Positions 1 through 10,118 are shown, numbered from the stretch's first letter. The stretch: DNA of 64,000 bases from Bosea sp. (in: a-proteobacteria) (GCA_017307955.1 JAFKFV010000017.1:30508-94507); one strand, 5' to 3'. Translations and numbers: made by a program. Notes: a model not told the origin generated them from the sequence alone.

Positions 1-1295
1 CCGGCAAGGTGCTCGCCGTCAACACGCCGGCCGAGCTCAAGGCCGAGCGCGGCATGGACAAGCTCGAGGACGTGTTCATCGCGGTGCTGGAAGAGGCCGG
101 GATGGGCAACGACCAGGCCGAGGAGGACGGAGCCGCGGCGCCGGCCTTCGCGCCCCGGCCGACGCGGCGCTTCGAGGCCCGCCGCCTCTTCGCCTATGCC
201 TGGCGGGAATCGCTCGAGATCGCGCGCGATCCGGCGCGGCTCGTCTTCGCCTTTCTCGGCCCCCTGCTCCTCCTTCTCACCTTCGGCTTCGGCATATCCT
301 TCGATGTCGAGCATCTGCGCTTCGCCGCCTTCGACCAGGACCAGAGCAGCGAGAGCCGGCAATTGCTCGAGAGCTTCCGGGGCTCGCGCTATTTCGACGA
401 GCAGCCGCCGATCACCGCGCCGGAGGAGATCGACCAGCGGCTGAAGAGCGGCGACATCGCCCTCGCCATCGAGATCCCGCCCGATTTCGGCCGCGACCTG
501 CAGCGGCAGCTGACGCCGGAGGTCGGCGTCTTCGTCGACGGGGCGATGCCGTTCCGGGCCGAGACGATGCGCGGCTATGTGAGCGGCCTCGCCCAGTCCT
601 ATCTCGCAGATGCGACCGCGCGGCGGACGGGCAGCGAGGCCTCGCTTTATCCGATCGGGATCGAGACGCGCTTCCGCTACAACCAGGCCTTCAAGAGTAC
701 CAATGCGATCGTGCCGAGCGTGATCGTGCTCGTGCTCGTGCTGATCCCGGCCATCATGACCGCGCTCGGCATCGTGAAGGAGAAGGAGACCGGCTCGATC
801 ACCAATTTCCAGGCGACGCCGGTGTCGAAGATCGAGTTCCTGATCGGCAAGCAATTGCCCTATGTCGTCATCGCCTTCCTGAACCTCCTGATGATGGTGC
901 TCCTGGCGCGCTTCGTCTTCGATGTCGCGGTCAAGGGCTCCTTCGCGACGCTCGCGGCGGCGACCCTCGCCTATGTGCTGGCGACGACCGGCTTCGGGCT
1001 CTTCGTCTCGTCCTTCGTGAAGAGCCAGGTCGCGGCGATCTTCGCCACCGCGATCATCGCCATCATTCCGGCGGTCAATTTCTCCGGCCTTCTCGTGCCG
1101 GTCTCCTCGCTCTCCGGCAGCGGGAGGCTGATCGGCCTCGCCTTCCCGGCCGCCTGGTACCAGCCGGTCAGCGTCGGCGTCTTCGCCAAGGGACTCGGCC
1201 TTCCCGAGCTCTGGCCGAACATCCTGATCCTCATCGCCTTCGGCCTCGTCTTCATCGGCGCCTCGGTCGTGGCGCTGCGCAAGCAGGGGGCCTGA
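1..1295 (+). CDS. ABC transporter, fused ATPase/ABC-2 permease (RbbA/YhiH-like), C-terminal part; 5' end outside window
   Basis: Frame open to the window edge. The translation starts at the tail of an ATPase domain (PAELKAERGMDKLEDVFIAV), followed by a large loop and several hydrophobic helices typical of ABC-2 permeases. The stop is 1 nt before the next gene. Confidence 0.75.
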   Translation, partial: GKVLAVNTPAELKAERGMDKLEDVFIAVLEEAGMGNDQAEEDGAAAPAFAPRPTRRFEARRLFAYAWRESLEIARDPARLVFAFLGPLLLLLTFGFGISFDVEHLRFAAFDQDQSSESRQLLESFRGSRYFDEQPPITAPEEIDQRLKSGDIALAIEIPPDFGRDLQRQLTPEVGVFVDGAMPFRAETMRGYVSGLAQSYLADATARRTGSEASLYPIGIETRFRYNQAFKSTNAIVPSVIVLVLVLIPAIMTALGIVKEKETGSITNFQATPVSKIEFLIGKQLPYVVIAFLNLLMMVLLARFVFDVAVKGSFATLAAATLAYVLATTGFGLFVSSFVKSQVAAIFATAIIAIIPAVNFSGLLVPVSSLSGSGRLIGLAFPAAWYQPVSVGVFAKGLGLPELWPNILILIAFGLVFIGASVVALRKQGA

Positions 1296-1296
1296 G

Positions 1297-2454
1297 ATGG
1301 CGACGCGCTCCAAGCCCAAGCGCTCGATGACCGGGGCAGGTTCGCGCCTCGCGCGGATCTTCCGCCTCGGCGTCAAGGAGCTCTACAGCCTCAAGGCCGA
1401 TCCGGTCCTGATGCTGCTCATCGTCTATTCCTTCACCTTCGCGATCTATGCGGTGGCGACCGGCGCCAAGATGGAGGTCGAGAATGCCTCGGTGGCGATC
1501 GTCGACGAGGACCGCTCGCCGCTGTCGGGCCGGCTCGTCGATGCGATCCTGCCGCCCTATTTCAGGGCGCCGCAGCAGATCTCGGCCGGCGAGATCGACG
1601 AGGCGATGGATTCCGGCCGCTTCGTCTTCGTCATCGAGATCCCGCCGAAATTCGAGCAGGACGCGATCGCCGGCCGCAAGCCATCGCTGCAGATCGATAT
1701 CGACGCCACGGCCATGTCGCAGGCCGGCAACGGCGCCTCCTATCTGCAGTCGATCCTGATGCAGGAGGCGGTCGCGGCGCTCGGCACGAGCGGCGGCCAG
1801 CCGATCAATCTCGTCGTCCGCGCGCGCTTCAACCCGAACCTGCAATCGGCCTGGTTCACGGCGCTGATGCAGGTCATCAACAACATCACCATGCTGTCGG
1901 TCATCCTGACGGGCGCCGCGCTGATCCGCGAGCGCGAGCATGGCACGATCGAGCATCTCCTGGTGATGCCGGTGACGCCGGCCGAGATCATGCTCGCCAA
2001 GATCTGGGCGAATGGCGCCGTGATCATCCTCGCAGCCGCGTTTGCGCTATGGGCGGTCGTGGAGCGGCTGCTCGGGGTGCCGGTGCAGGGGTCGATCCCG
2101 CTCTTCCTCGGCTCGGCGACGCTCTATCTCTTCTCCGTCACCTCGCTCGGCATCCTGATCGCGACGGCATCCACCTCCATGGCGCAGTTCGGGCTGATCG
2201 TGATGCCGGTGCTCATCGTGATGAACCTGCTCTCGGGCAGCACGACGCCGCTCGAATCCATGCCGTCCTGGCTGCAGGTGGTGATGCAGGTCTCGCCCTC
2301 GACGCATTTCGTGGCGCTGTCGCAGGCGATCCTCTATCGCGGCGCCGGGCTCGACATCATCTGGCCGCGCCTCGCGGCGCTGGTCCTGATCGGCGCCGCC
2401 TATTTCGGCATCGCGCTCGCCCGCTTCCGCAAGGCGCTGCTGGCGGCGGGCTGA
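1297..2454 (+). CDS. ABC-2 type transporter permease (YhhJ-like)
   Basis: 385 aa with the same architecture as the permease half of the upstream gene: N-terminal TM, large loop, C-terminal TM bundle. Tightly coupled to the upstream stop. Confidence 0.8.
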   Translation: MATRSKPKRSMTGAGSRLARIFRLGVKELYSLKADPVLMLLIVYSFTFAIYAVATGAKMEVENASVAIVDEDRSPLSGRLVDAILPPYFRAPQQISAGEIDEAMDSGRFVFVIEIPPKFEQDAIAGRKPSLQIDIDATAMSQAGNGASYLQSILMQEAVAALGTSGGQPINLVVRARFNPNLQSAWFTALMQVINNITMLSVILTGAALIREREHGTIEHLLVMPVTPAEIMLAKIWANGAVIILAAAFALWAVVERLLGVPVQGSIPLFLGSATLYLFSVTSLGILIATASTSMAQFGLIVMPVLIVMNLLSGSTTPLESMPSWLQVVMQVSPSTHFVALSQAILYRGAGLDIIWPRLAALVLIGAAYFGIALARFRKALLAAG

Positions 2455-2468
2455 CCGGCCCGCCCCGC

Positions 2469-3212
2469 TCAGGCGGCCGCGGCGAGGCCGGTGATCATCG
2501 ACACGATCTCGTTCTTGTCGGTCGAGCGCGTGTCGCGGATGCCGATCTGCTTGCCGCGCCTCAGCACGCAGATGCGGTCCGACAGGCGGAACACCTGGTC
2601 GAGACTGTGGCTGATGATGAGGATCGCGAGATTGCGCGCGCGGAGGCTCTCGATGTTCTTCTCGACCTTCGCCGTCTCGGCGACGCCGAGCGCCGCCGTC
2701 GGCTCGTCCATCAGCACCAGCTTGGTCGCCCAATGTGTCGCCCGGGCGATGGCGATGCCCTGCCGCTGGCCGCCCGAGAGATCACGGATCACCGAGCGGG
2801 CCGAGGGAATGCGCACGTCGAGCGCTTCCACGAGCTTCTCCGTCTCGCGGATCATGCGCGGGCGGTCGAGGCGGCGGAACGGGCCGCGCGTCAGCTCGCG
2901 GCCGAGGAAGAGGTTCATGTAGACGCTCTGGCTGTCGGCGAGCGCGAGGTCCTGGTAGACGACCTGGATACCCTTCGACTGCGACTGGCTGGCATCGGCG
3001 AAGGAGACCTCCTCGCCGTCGATCAGGATGCGGCCGGATGTGGGCTTGTGCGCGCCGGCGATCATCTTGACGAGCGTCGACTTGCCGGCACCGTTGTCGC
3101 CGACAAGGGCGACGACCTCGCCGGCGGCGAGATCGAGCGAGAATTCCTCGATGGCCGTGATGCCGCCGAAGGACTTGTGCACGCGGTCGAGGGAGAGGAC
3201 GGGCGGGGTCAT
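2469..3212 (-). CDS. ABC transporter ATP-binding protein (single NBD, sugar/CUT2-like)
   Basis: Walker A GDNGAGKST, signature LSGGQRQ and Walker B LVLMDEPTA are visible in the translation. Confidence 0.9.
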   Translation of the reverse strand: MTPPVLSLDRVHKSFGGITAIEEFSLDLAAGEVVALVGDNGAGKSTLVKMIAGAHKPTSGRILIDGEEVSFADASQSQSKGIQVVYQDLALADSQSVYMNLFLGRELTRGPFRRLDRPRMIRETEKLVEALDVRIPSARSVIRDLSGGQRQGIAIARATHWATKLVLMDEPTAALGVAETAKVEKNIESLRARNLAILIISHSLDQVFRLSDRICVLRRGKQIGIRDTRSTDKNEIVSMITGLAAAA

Positions 3213-3222
3213 CGCTGTCTCC

Positions 3223-4413
3223 TCAGAGCGGCCAGTCGGCCGGGCGGCCGAAGGCGTCGTGGATGATTTCGACCTTCGGTCTGCCGGAGGCGAGGCCGGA
3301 AATCCCGGCGGTATAGGCGCGCGTGACGAAGGTCTGCTGGCGGAAGCCGAACACGACGCTGTCGCCGATCTCCGGCTTCACAGGCCCGGTCCGGTCGATC
3401 ATGCCGTAATAGTCGATCGCCGCCGGCGGCGGGATCTCGACGCTGGCGAGGCGGTCCAAGTCGGGCTCACGGCCGACCACGGCCTTCACCTCGTAGTCCG
3501 GGAAGACCGGATCGATATAGAGCCCGCCGCCAAAGCAATAGGCGCGGTCGCCATGGATATGCGAGACCTCCGAGAGATAGACCGCGGCCGGAAGTTCGGG
3601 CAGGTCCTCCAGCGCATGCAGCGGCGTCGTGCCGGTGAGGCCATGGCCGGGCTCGCATTGCGTCGCGCCGGCCTCGGCGAGCGCGGCGAGCACGACCGAG
3701 GAGGTGGTGCCGGGGGCGTTGATGGCGATCTTGGTGCGGCCCGCCCTGGCCAGCGCCTCGCGCGCCCGGCCGAGCGTCTCGAGATTGTGCGTCGGCTTCA
3801 CCTTGCCCGTCTCATTGTCGAAGAGGAGCGCCGGGAAGGTGGTGATGCCGGCGAAGCGCGCGCCGGGAAGGCGGTCGACCGCGTCGGCGACGGCGGCGAT
3901 ATCGGCCGCCGGGAAGCCGCCCTCATGGCCGCGATAAAAGCGGTCGCCCTCGGCATGGATGCGCAGGAGGAGATTGGCGGTGCGGCCGGCCTTCGCCATG
4001 GCGGCGCCCGCCTCCGCTGCCTTCTCCATGCTGAACACCGTCCAGTAGTCCGGCGCCATGGCAGCGGCGGCATCGGCCTCGGCGCGCGGCACCTGCACGA
4101 GATGGCCGACATGGCCGAGGCCGAGCCCGGCGCGATGGCCGGCGCGCGCGCATTCCATGTCGACGGCGACGACGCGGCCGATGCCGCCCGTCTTCACAGC
4201 CTTCAGGAAGTCGCCGTTGCGGCCCATCTGCTTGGTCATCGCGAGCACCTCCAGCCCGGCGGCGGCGCCGGCCCTGGCGATGACGCCGGCATTGGCGGTG
4301 ACGGCGTCGAGATCGATGACGGTGGTGTTGGCGGGCAGTGCGCCGGCCTGGTGCAGGCGGATCGCGGCCTCGATCAGGCGCGGATTGCGGCGGCGGAGCG
4401 TGTCGAGAAACAT
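3223..4413 (-). CDS. PLP-dependent alanine-racemase-N-fold protein (YhfX-like putative amino-acid racemase/epimerase)
   Basis: 396 aa. The N-terminal half resembles the alanine racemase N-terminal barrel family by eye. It sits inside the transporter operon. Confidence 0.55.
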   Translation of the reverse strand: MFLDTLRRRNPRLIEAAIRLHQAGALPANTTVIDLDAVTANAGVIARAGAAAGLEVLAMTKQMGRNGDFLKAVKTGGIGRVVAVDMECARAGHRAGLGLGHVGHLVQVPRAEADAAAAMAPDYWTVFSMEKAAEAGAAMAKAGRTANLLLRIHAEGDRFYRGHEGGFPAADIAAVADAVDRLPGARFAGITTFPALLFDNETGKVKPTHNLETLGRAREALARAGRTKIAINAPGTTSSVVLAALAEAGATQCEPGHGLTGTTPLHALEDLPELPAAVYLSEVSHIHGDRAYCFGGGLYIDPVFPDYEVKAVVGREPDLDRLASVEIPPPAAIDYYGMIDRTGPVKPEIGDSVVFGFRQQTFVTRAYTAGISGLASGRPKVEIIHDAFGRPADWPL

Positions 4414-4435
4414 GATCTTTCTCCGAAAGGGGCGG

Positions 4436-5389
4436 TCAGCGCCGGGCTTCGCGCAGCGTCAGCGCGACGGCGGCGAGGATGATCAGGCCGCGCACCATCA
4501 TCTGCTCGGCGACCGAGAGGCCCATCAGGATGAGCCCGTTGTTGAGCATGCCCATCATGAGCGAGCCGATCAGCGCGCCGACCACGGTGCCGGTGCCGCC
4601 ATTGAGGCGGGTGCCGCCGACGATGACGGCAGCGATGACCGTGAGGAGGTCGGTCTCGCCCAGCGTGTAGCGCGCGCCATGCAGGCGGCCGGCATAGAGG
4701 AGGCCGGCGAGCGCGGCGGTCATGGAGGAAAGGACCAGCACGCCGAGCCGCAGGCGATCCACATTGATGCCGGCGGCGCGGGCGGCGCGCGGATTGTCGC
4801 CGGTTGCCAGCACATGGGCGCCGAACGGCGTCTCGCGATAGACGAAATGGCCGACCGCGACGCCGATCACCGTCCAGAGGATCAGCGAGGGGATGCCGAA
4901 CAGTGCGCCGGCGCCGAAGATCGCCGTATAGACATCATTGGTGACCGGCACCGACTGCAGGTTGGTCAGCCAGCGGCCGACACCGGCGAGGAGGCCCATC
5001 GAGGCGAGCGTCACGAGGAAGGACGGCAAGCGCACATAGGCGACCAGCGCGCCATTGACGAGGCCGATCAGCGCGCCCGCTCCGAGGCCGGCGGCGACGC
5101 CGACCGGCCAGGGCATCGTGCGCATCACTACCGCCGCGACCAGCGCCGCGATGGCGACCACCGAGCCGATCGAAAGGTCGATCTCGCCGGAGGTCAGCAC
5201 GAACACCATGCCGATCGCCATGATCGTGATCGGCGCCGTCTGCTGGACGATGTTGACGAGGTTGTTGGCGGTCAGGAAGCCGTCGTCCCTGAGCACCACC
5301 GCGAAGGCGGCGAAGATCAGCAGGAATCCGACATAGACGACATACTGGGCCGGATCGAGCCCCTTGAGGGACAACGGCTTCGAAGACAT
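4436..5389 (-). CDS. ABC transporter permease (RbsC/branched sugar type)
   Basis: 317 aa, about 8-10 hydrophobic helices, gly-rich C-terminal region typical of CUT2 permeases. Start overlaps the upstream stop. Confidence 0.85.
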   Translation of the reverse strand: MSSKPLSLKGLDPAQYVVYVGFLLIFAAFAVVLRDDGFLTANNLVNIVQQTAPITIMAIGMVFVLTSGEIDLSIGSVVAIAALVAAVVMRTMPWPVGVAAGLGAGALIGLVNGALVAYVRLPSFLVTLASMGLLAGVGRWLTNLQSVPVTNDVYTAIFGAGALFGIPSLILWTVIGVAVGHFVYRETPFGAHVLATGDNPRAARAAGINVDRLRLGVLVLSSMTAALAGLLYAGRLHGARYTLGETDLLTVIAAVIVGGTRLNGGTGTVVGALIGSLMMGMLNNGLILMGLSVAEQMMVRGLIILAAVALTLREARR

Positions 5390-6465
5390 CAGTTCACCCC
5401 GAGCGAGGCCGGCGGATCGCGGTGAAGCGAGGCGTTCCAGCCTTCCTTGACATTGTCCTTGGTGATGGCGATCGCGCCGGCGGCGAGGAAGGGCGGAACC
5501 TTCTCGCCGATGAGCCCGAGCGCGGCGGCATTGGCGGCCGTGGTGCCGATCGAATAGGCCTCGTCGGCGGAGATGGCGACGACATTGCCGCCCTTGACCA
5601 TGTCGAGCGCCAGCGGCTCGGAGAGGTCGAGCGTCACGATCTTCGTATGCGTGTTGCCAGCATTCCTGAGCGCCGCCAGCACGAACTCGGCCGGCTCGGC
5701 CCAGGTGACATAGATGGCGTCGAGGCCGGGGTTCTTGGTGACGAAGGCCTGCGCGATCTCCTCGGCGCGTGTGGGATCGGCGAGCCCCTGCTCGGCGACG
5801 ATCTTCATGTCCGGGAACTTGGTCTCGATCGTCTTCTTGAACGACTGGTCGCGCTGGTTGGTCACGTAGAAGTCGGCGTCGTGGTAGATGTAGCCGACCG
5901 TGCCCTTGCCGCCGAGCGCGGTTCCGAGCGCCTCGCCGGCCTTGGCGCCCATCTGGACGAGGTCGGCGGTCGAGATGGTCACGTAGTCCTTGCCGTATTC
6001 GAAGCCCTTCGGCGTGTTGTCGATGAATACGAGCTTCGCCCCGGCATCGAGCGCCGGCTTGTAGACCTCGGGCGCCGTCTCGGGATCGACCGGCAGCGAG
6101 ATGATGACGCTCGGCTTCTTGGCGAGGATCGTCTCGATGTCGTTCTTCTGCTTCGCCGCGTCGAAGCCGGCATCGGTGGTCGCGACAACCTCGATGCCGA
6201 GCTTGGCGAATTCGTCCTTGGCGCCCTGGTCGACGGCGTTCGACCAGTTGGAGGTGGTGTGCCAGGCGAGGCCGGCCGTGAACTTGCCGGCCTTCACCTT
6301 TTCGATCTGTTCCGGCGAAAGCTGGATGCTCTCTCCCGGCGTCGCCGTCTCGCCATGCGGCCCCTTGGTGACGTCGTCGGCGAAGGCGGGAGCGGTCAGG
6401 GCGGGAGCGGCGAGCGCGAGCCCGGCCAGCATCGTTCCCGCGACCAGCAGGTGCTTCAGGGTCAT
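5389..6465 (-). CDS. periplasmic substrate-binding protein (RbsB-like), copy 1
   Basis: 358 aa with a signal peptide (MTLKHLLVAGTMLAGLALAAPALTAPAFA) and a periplasmic-binding-protein type I pattern. Confidence 0.85.
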   Translation of the reverse strand: MTLKHLLVAGTMLAGLALAAPALTAPAFADDVTKGPHGETATPGESIQLSPEQIEKVKAGKFTAGLAWHTTSNWSNAVDQGAKDEFAKLGIEVVATTDAGFDAAKQKNDIETILAKKPSVIISLPVDPETAPEVYKPALDAGAKLVFIDNTPKGFEYGKDYVTISTADLVQMGAKAGEALGTALGGKGTVGYIYHDADFYVTNQRDQSFKKTIETKFPDMKIVAEQGLADPTRAEEIAQAFVTKNPGLDAIYVTWAEPAEFVLAALRNAGNTHTKIVTLDLSEPLALDMVKGGNVVAISADEAYSIGTTAANAAALGLIGEKVPPFLAAGAIAITKDNVKEGWNASLHRDPPASLGVN

Positions 6466-6525
6466 GATCTCATCCTCGTGTGGCAGGAAGCGGAGGCCGG
6501 TTTCGCCCGGCCTCCGTGGATCGCC

Positions 6526-7602
6526 TTACTTGATCGCGTCGAGGATCGACTGCGGCGGCTCGCGGTTGAGCGAGGCCTTCCAGCCATCGACGACATTGTC
6601 CTTCTGGACGGTGATCGCCGGGGCGACGACGAAGGCCGGCGCCTCCTTGCCAAGGAGGCCATAGGCGGCGGCCGTGGCCATGGCCGAGCCGAGTTCATAG
6701 GCCTTGTCGGCGACCAGCGCGGTGACGTTGCCGCCCTTGACCATGTCGAGGCCGACCGGCTCCGAAAGGTCGAGCGTCACGATCTTGGTATGCGTGTTGC
6801 CGGCCTGGCGCAGCGCGGCAAGGACGCCTTCCGCCGGCTCGGCCCAGGTGACGTAGATGCCGTCGAGATCGGGCGTCTTGGTCAGGAGCGCGTTGGCGAT
6901 CTCCTCGGCGCGGGCCGGGTCGGCGATGCCCTGGCTGTCGACGATCGACATGCCCTTGTGGTCGTTCTCGATGGTCGCCTTGAAGGCCTGGTCGCGCTGG
7001 TTGGTCACGTAATACTGCGCGTCATGGAAGATGTAGGCGACCTTGCCCTTGTCGCCGAGCGCGGTGGCGAGCGCGTCGCCGGCCTGCTTGCCCATCTGGA
7101 AGAGATCGTCGGTGACGATCGCGACATAGTCCTTGCCCTGCGTGTAGCCGGCCGGGACATTGGAGAGGAAGACGAGCTTCACGCCGCCCTCGACCGCCGG
7201 CTTGAAGGCAGCGGCCGAGCCGACCGGATCGAGCGGCAGCGCCAGGATCACGCTCGGCTTCTTGGCGAGCACGGTCTCGACATCGGAGAGCTGCTTGGCG
7301 CTGTCGAAGCCGGCATCCGTCTCGGCGACGACCTCGATGCCGTATTTCTTGAAGGTGTCGGTGGCGCCGGCCGTCACGGCGGTGACGAAGTCCGACGAGG
7401 TGTGCCAGAGCAGCGCGGCCGTATACTTGCCGTCCTTGAGCTTGGCGATCTCGGCGTCGGAAAGGGTCAGCGCCGAGGAGGGCGTCGCCTTCTCGCCGTT
7501 CGGGCCGACGGTCTCGCCGGCGCTCGCGAGCCCGGTCGAGGCCAGGAGCGCCGACAGCGCCAGCGTGGCCAGGGTCTTCTTCATCCTCATCTTCGTCGTC
7601 AT
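6526..7602 (-). CDS. periplasmic substrate-binding protein (RbsB-like), copy 2 (tandem paralogue)
   Basis: 358 aa with a signal peptide. Colinear and clearly homologous to 5389-6465, e.g. shared YVTNQRDQ.FK, IYVTWAEPAE, AGNTHTKIVTLDLSEP. Confidence 0.85.
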   Translation of the reverse strand: MTTKMRMKKTLATLALSALLASTGLASAGETVGPNGEKATPSSALTLSDAEIAKLKDGKYTAALLWHTSSDFVTAVTAGATDTFKKYGIEVVAETDAGFDSAKQLSDVETVLAKKPSVILALPLDPVGSAAAFKPAVEGGVKLVFLSNVPAGYTQGKDYVAIVTDDLFQMGKQAGDALATALGDKGKVAYIFHDAQYYVTNQRDQAFKATIENDHKGMSIVDSQGIADPARAEEIANALLTKTPDLDGIYVTWAEPAEGVLAALRQAGNTHTKIVTLDLSEPVGLDMVKGGNVTALVADKAYELGSAMATAAAYGLLGKEAPAFVVAPAITVQKDNVVDGWKASLNREPPQSILDAIK

Positions 7603-7641
7603 GGCATGCTCCCTCTGGTGTGGCCGTTTCGGCCGTTCGGT

Positions 7642-8907
7642 TCAGCGTCCGCCCACCCGGCCGAAGCCGGCGAGGAAGGCGGCGAATGCGACGATGCCGT
7701 CGAGATAGTCCTCTATCTCGACATGCTCCTCGGTGGTGTGGCAGTTGCGGATGTCGCCCGGCGCGCAATAGACGGTGGGGACGCCGAGCCGCGTCGAGAG
7801 GAAGGGCGCTTCCGACCAGTAGGGCGCGCCCTTGATGGCGCCGCGATCCGGGCGGACGGCCTTCACCGCCGCCACCAGCGCGGCCACCGCGGGAAGATCG
7901 GGCGGCGTCTCGGTCGGCGTGCCGCCGAATTCATGGTCGCGGCCGGCGGGATAGGCAAAGGCGATCTCGATGCGCGGATCGACCGGCGCCGCGCGCACCG
8001 CCGCCTCCATCGCCGCGACCGCTTCGCCGAGATCATCGCCCGGCAAGAGCTTCATGATCAGGCTGATGCGGCATTCGCCCGGCACGGCGATATAACCGCC
8101 GCCTTCCAGCGTCGTCACCAGCAGGAACGGGCTGCCGACGAGCGGATGCGGCGCCCGCGCCTCAAGCGCCGCCGAATGCGCGAAGAGCGCGGAGAGGATC
8201 GCATGCGAGGCCTTCAGCGCATCGATGCCCTGCTCCGGCACGCCGAAATAGGCCGAGCGGCCGGTGACCGTGATGTCACAGATGACGAAGCCCATCTGCG
8301 CGGCATAGATGTCGAGTTCGGTCGGCTCGACATAGATCGCGAAATCGGGCCGCACGGCCGCGCCGGCCTCGATGGCGGCGGTGAGCGCCTTCATGCCGGC
8401 GCTGACGCCGCTGCCCGGCTCGCCGCTCTCCTCGTCGCCGATGAAGGCGAAGGCGATGTCGGGCGCCTGCGGGATGCCGGCCGCGCGCAGCAGCGCCGCC
8501 GAGGCGACGGCCGTGCAGATGCCGGCCTTGAGATCGCCCGTGCCGCGGCCCCACATGGCGCCGTCGACAATGGCAGCGCCGAACGGATCCTCGCGCTCCG
8601 TGCCCGCCCAGCGCTCGGCCCAGCCGCGGACATGCACCGTATCGGTATGGCCGAGCAGCATCAGCGTCGGCCCGCCGCCCTCACCCTTCAGGACGGCGGT
8701 GACATTCGGCCGGCCGGGCGCGAAATCGTCGAGGCGGACAGCCTCGGCGCCGATCGCCTCCAGTTCGCGCGCCAGCAGGGCGGCGAAGGCCCGCTCGTGG
8801 CCGGTCACCGAGGGCGTCCCGACCGCCCTCGCGAGCAAAGCGATGGCGGCGTCGCGGTCGAGCGCGCGGCGGAGGCGGGTGACGAGGTCCGGGTCGGGCG
8901 CGGTCAT
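7642..8907 (-). CDS. M20 family metallopeptidase/deacylase (ArgE/DapE-like)
   Basis: Metal-ligand motifs LLGHTDTV and FIGDEESGE; 421 aa. Confidence 0.8.
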   Translation of the reverse strand: MTAPDPDLVTRLRRALDRDAAIALLARAVGTPSVTGHERAFAALLARELEAIGAEAVRLDDFAPGRPNVTAVLKGEGGGPTLMLLGHTDTVHVRGWAERWAGTEREDPFGAAIVDGAMWGRGTGDLKAGICTAVASAALLRAAGIPQAPDIAFAFIGDEESGEPGSGVSAGMKALTAAIEAGAAVRPDFAIYVEPTELDIYAAQMGFVICDITVTGRSAYFGVPEQGIDALKASHAILSALFAHSAALEARAPHPLVGSPFLLVTTLEGGGYIAVPGECRISLIMKLLPGDDLGEAVAAMEAAVRAAPVDPRIEIAFAYPAGRDHEFGGTPTETPPDLPAVAALVAAVKAVRPDRGAIKGAPYWSEAPFLSTRLGVPTVYCAPGDIRNCHTTEEHVEIEDYLDGIVAFAAFLAGFGRVGGR

Positions 8908-10118
8908 TCGGCGGCCTTCTGCAGCGGGCTGGCGGGAAGCGCGAGGTCTCCCGGCAGGTTGGGGATTCCGAAGATCTCGTTGTGCAGCCGGCTGACGGCC
9001 GAGGAGACGGCGCCGACAAGGCCGGCGCGGGCGCCGAGATGGCTGGCGGTGATGTGGATGGGTCGCTCGAACACCGTCGGCATGACGGCGCGGACGCGGC
9101 CGATCAGTTCCTCGCGGATGCCGATGCTGCCGCCGAAGACGATCATCTCCGGATCGACGATGGCGCCGAGCGCCGTCACCGCGAGCGCGATGATCCGCGC
9201 CGTCTCGTCGATCACCGCGACCGCCGTGGCGTCGCCGGCCTCGAGCCGGGCGAACACCTCGCGCACGGTCTCGACCTCGGCGGCGCCGCCCGCCTCAAGG
9301 TAGCGGCGGACGATGCCGGCGGCGCCGACCTCGAGCTCGAAAGTGCCGATCTCGCGCGCCGCCGCCGTATCGGTCTCGCGGCCGACCGGCAGATAGGCGA
9401 TCTCGCCCGCCGCGCCCGTCGCGCCGCGCGCCAGCTTGCCGTTGATGATGAGGCCGAGACCGGCGCCGGTGCCGAGCGCCAGGAAGCCGGCATTCTCGAC
9501 GCCGCGCGCCGCGCCCTGCCAGGCCTCGCCGAGCATTGCGAGATTGACGTCGTTCTCGATGGCGATCGGAAGGCCGAACAGCGCGCCGAGCACACCCGGC
9601 ACATCGCAATCGGAGAGGCCGCGGATATTGGGGACGAGGCCGATCGCGCCGGTCAGCGGGTCGACGACGCCGGGCGAGCCGATCACGACGCTGCGGATGC
9701 GCGCCGCATCGACGCCGGCGCCCTTGGCGAGCCTTGAGGCCAGCGCATGGATCTGGTCGAGCACATGGCGGCCGCCGCGCCGATCGGTCGGCTCGGTCTC
9801 CTCCGCCACCACGTCGCCGGCGAGATCGGCGAGCGCCGCGATGACCTTGGTGCCGCCGAGATCGACGCCGAGCGAGAAGGCCGCGTCGCGCGCCACCTCG
9901 TAGCGGAGCGCCGAGCGGCCGACGGCGCCGCTGGTGCGCCCGGCGGGCCGCGCCCAGCCCTCGCTCTCGAGCGCCGCCATCACCTCCGACATGGTCTGCT
10001 TTGAAAGGCCGGTTTCCTTGGCGAGCTCGGCCCGCGAAATCGGCCCCAGATGCAGCAGCGCCTCGGCGACCGCGCGACGGGAGAATTGTCTGACGAGAAG
10101 CGACCGCCCGGTGATCAA
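8904..10118 (-). CDS. ROK family transcriptional regulator
   Basis: N-terminal winged HTH (ISRAELAKETGLSKQTMSEVMAALE) followed by a ROK/sugar-kinase fold (LGVDLGGTKV, GTGAGLGLIINGK). 4-nt overlap with the M20 gene. Confidence 0.85.
   Translation of the reverse strand: MITGRSLLVRQFSRRAVAEALLHLGPISRAELAKETGLSKQTMSEVMAALESEGWARPAGRTSGAVGRSALRYEVARDAAFSLGVDLGGTKVIAALADLAGDVVAEETEPTDRRGGRHVLDQIHALASRLAKGAGVDAARIRSVVIGSPGVVDPLTGAIGLVPNIRGLSDCDVPGVLGALFGLPIAIENDVNLAMLGEAWQGAARGVENAGFLALGTGAGLGLIINGKLARGATGAAGEIAYLPVGRETDTAAAREIGTFELEVGAAGIVRRYLEAGGAAEVETVREVFARLEAGDATAVAVIDETARIIALAVTALGAIVDPEMIVFGGSIGIREELIGRVRAVMPTVFERPIHITASHLGARAGLVGAVSSAVSRLHNEIFGIPNLPGDLALPASPLQKAAE

Noticed and set aside
2049-5425. 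Plus-strand ORFs 2049-3266, 3028-4482 and 4058-5425 (405-484 aa)
   Set aside because: Same antisense artefact, opposite the ABC ATPase, YhfX-like and permease genes. The compositions are implausible (Arg/Ala/Gly/Asp rich).
5422-9303. Very long plus-strand ORF (1293 aa) spanning four minus-strand genes
   Set aside because: It is antisense to well-supported genes (two SBPs, M20 peptidase, ROK regulator). Its product is Arg/Gly/Asp/Leu-rich low-complexity sequence with no motifs. Long stop-free antisense frames are expected in high-GC DNA.
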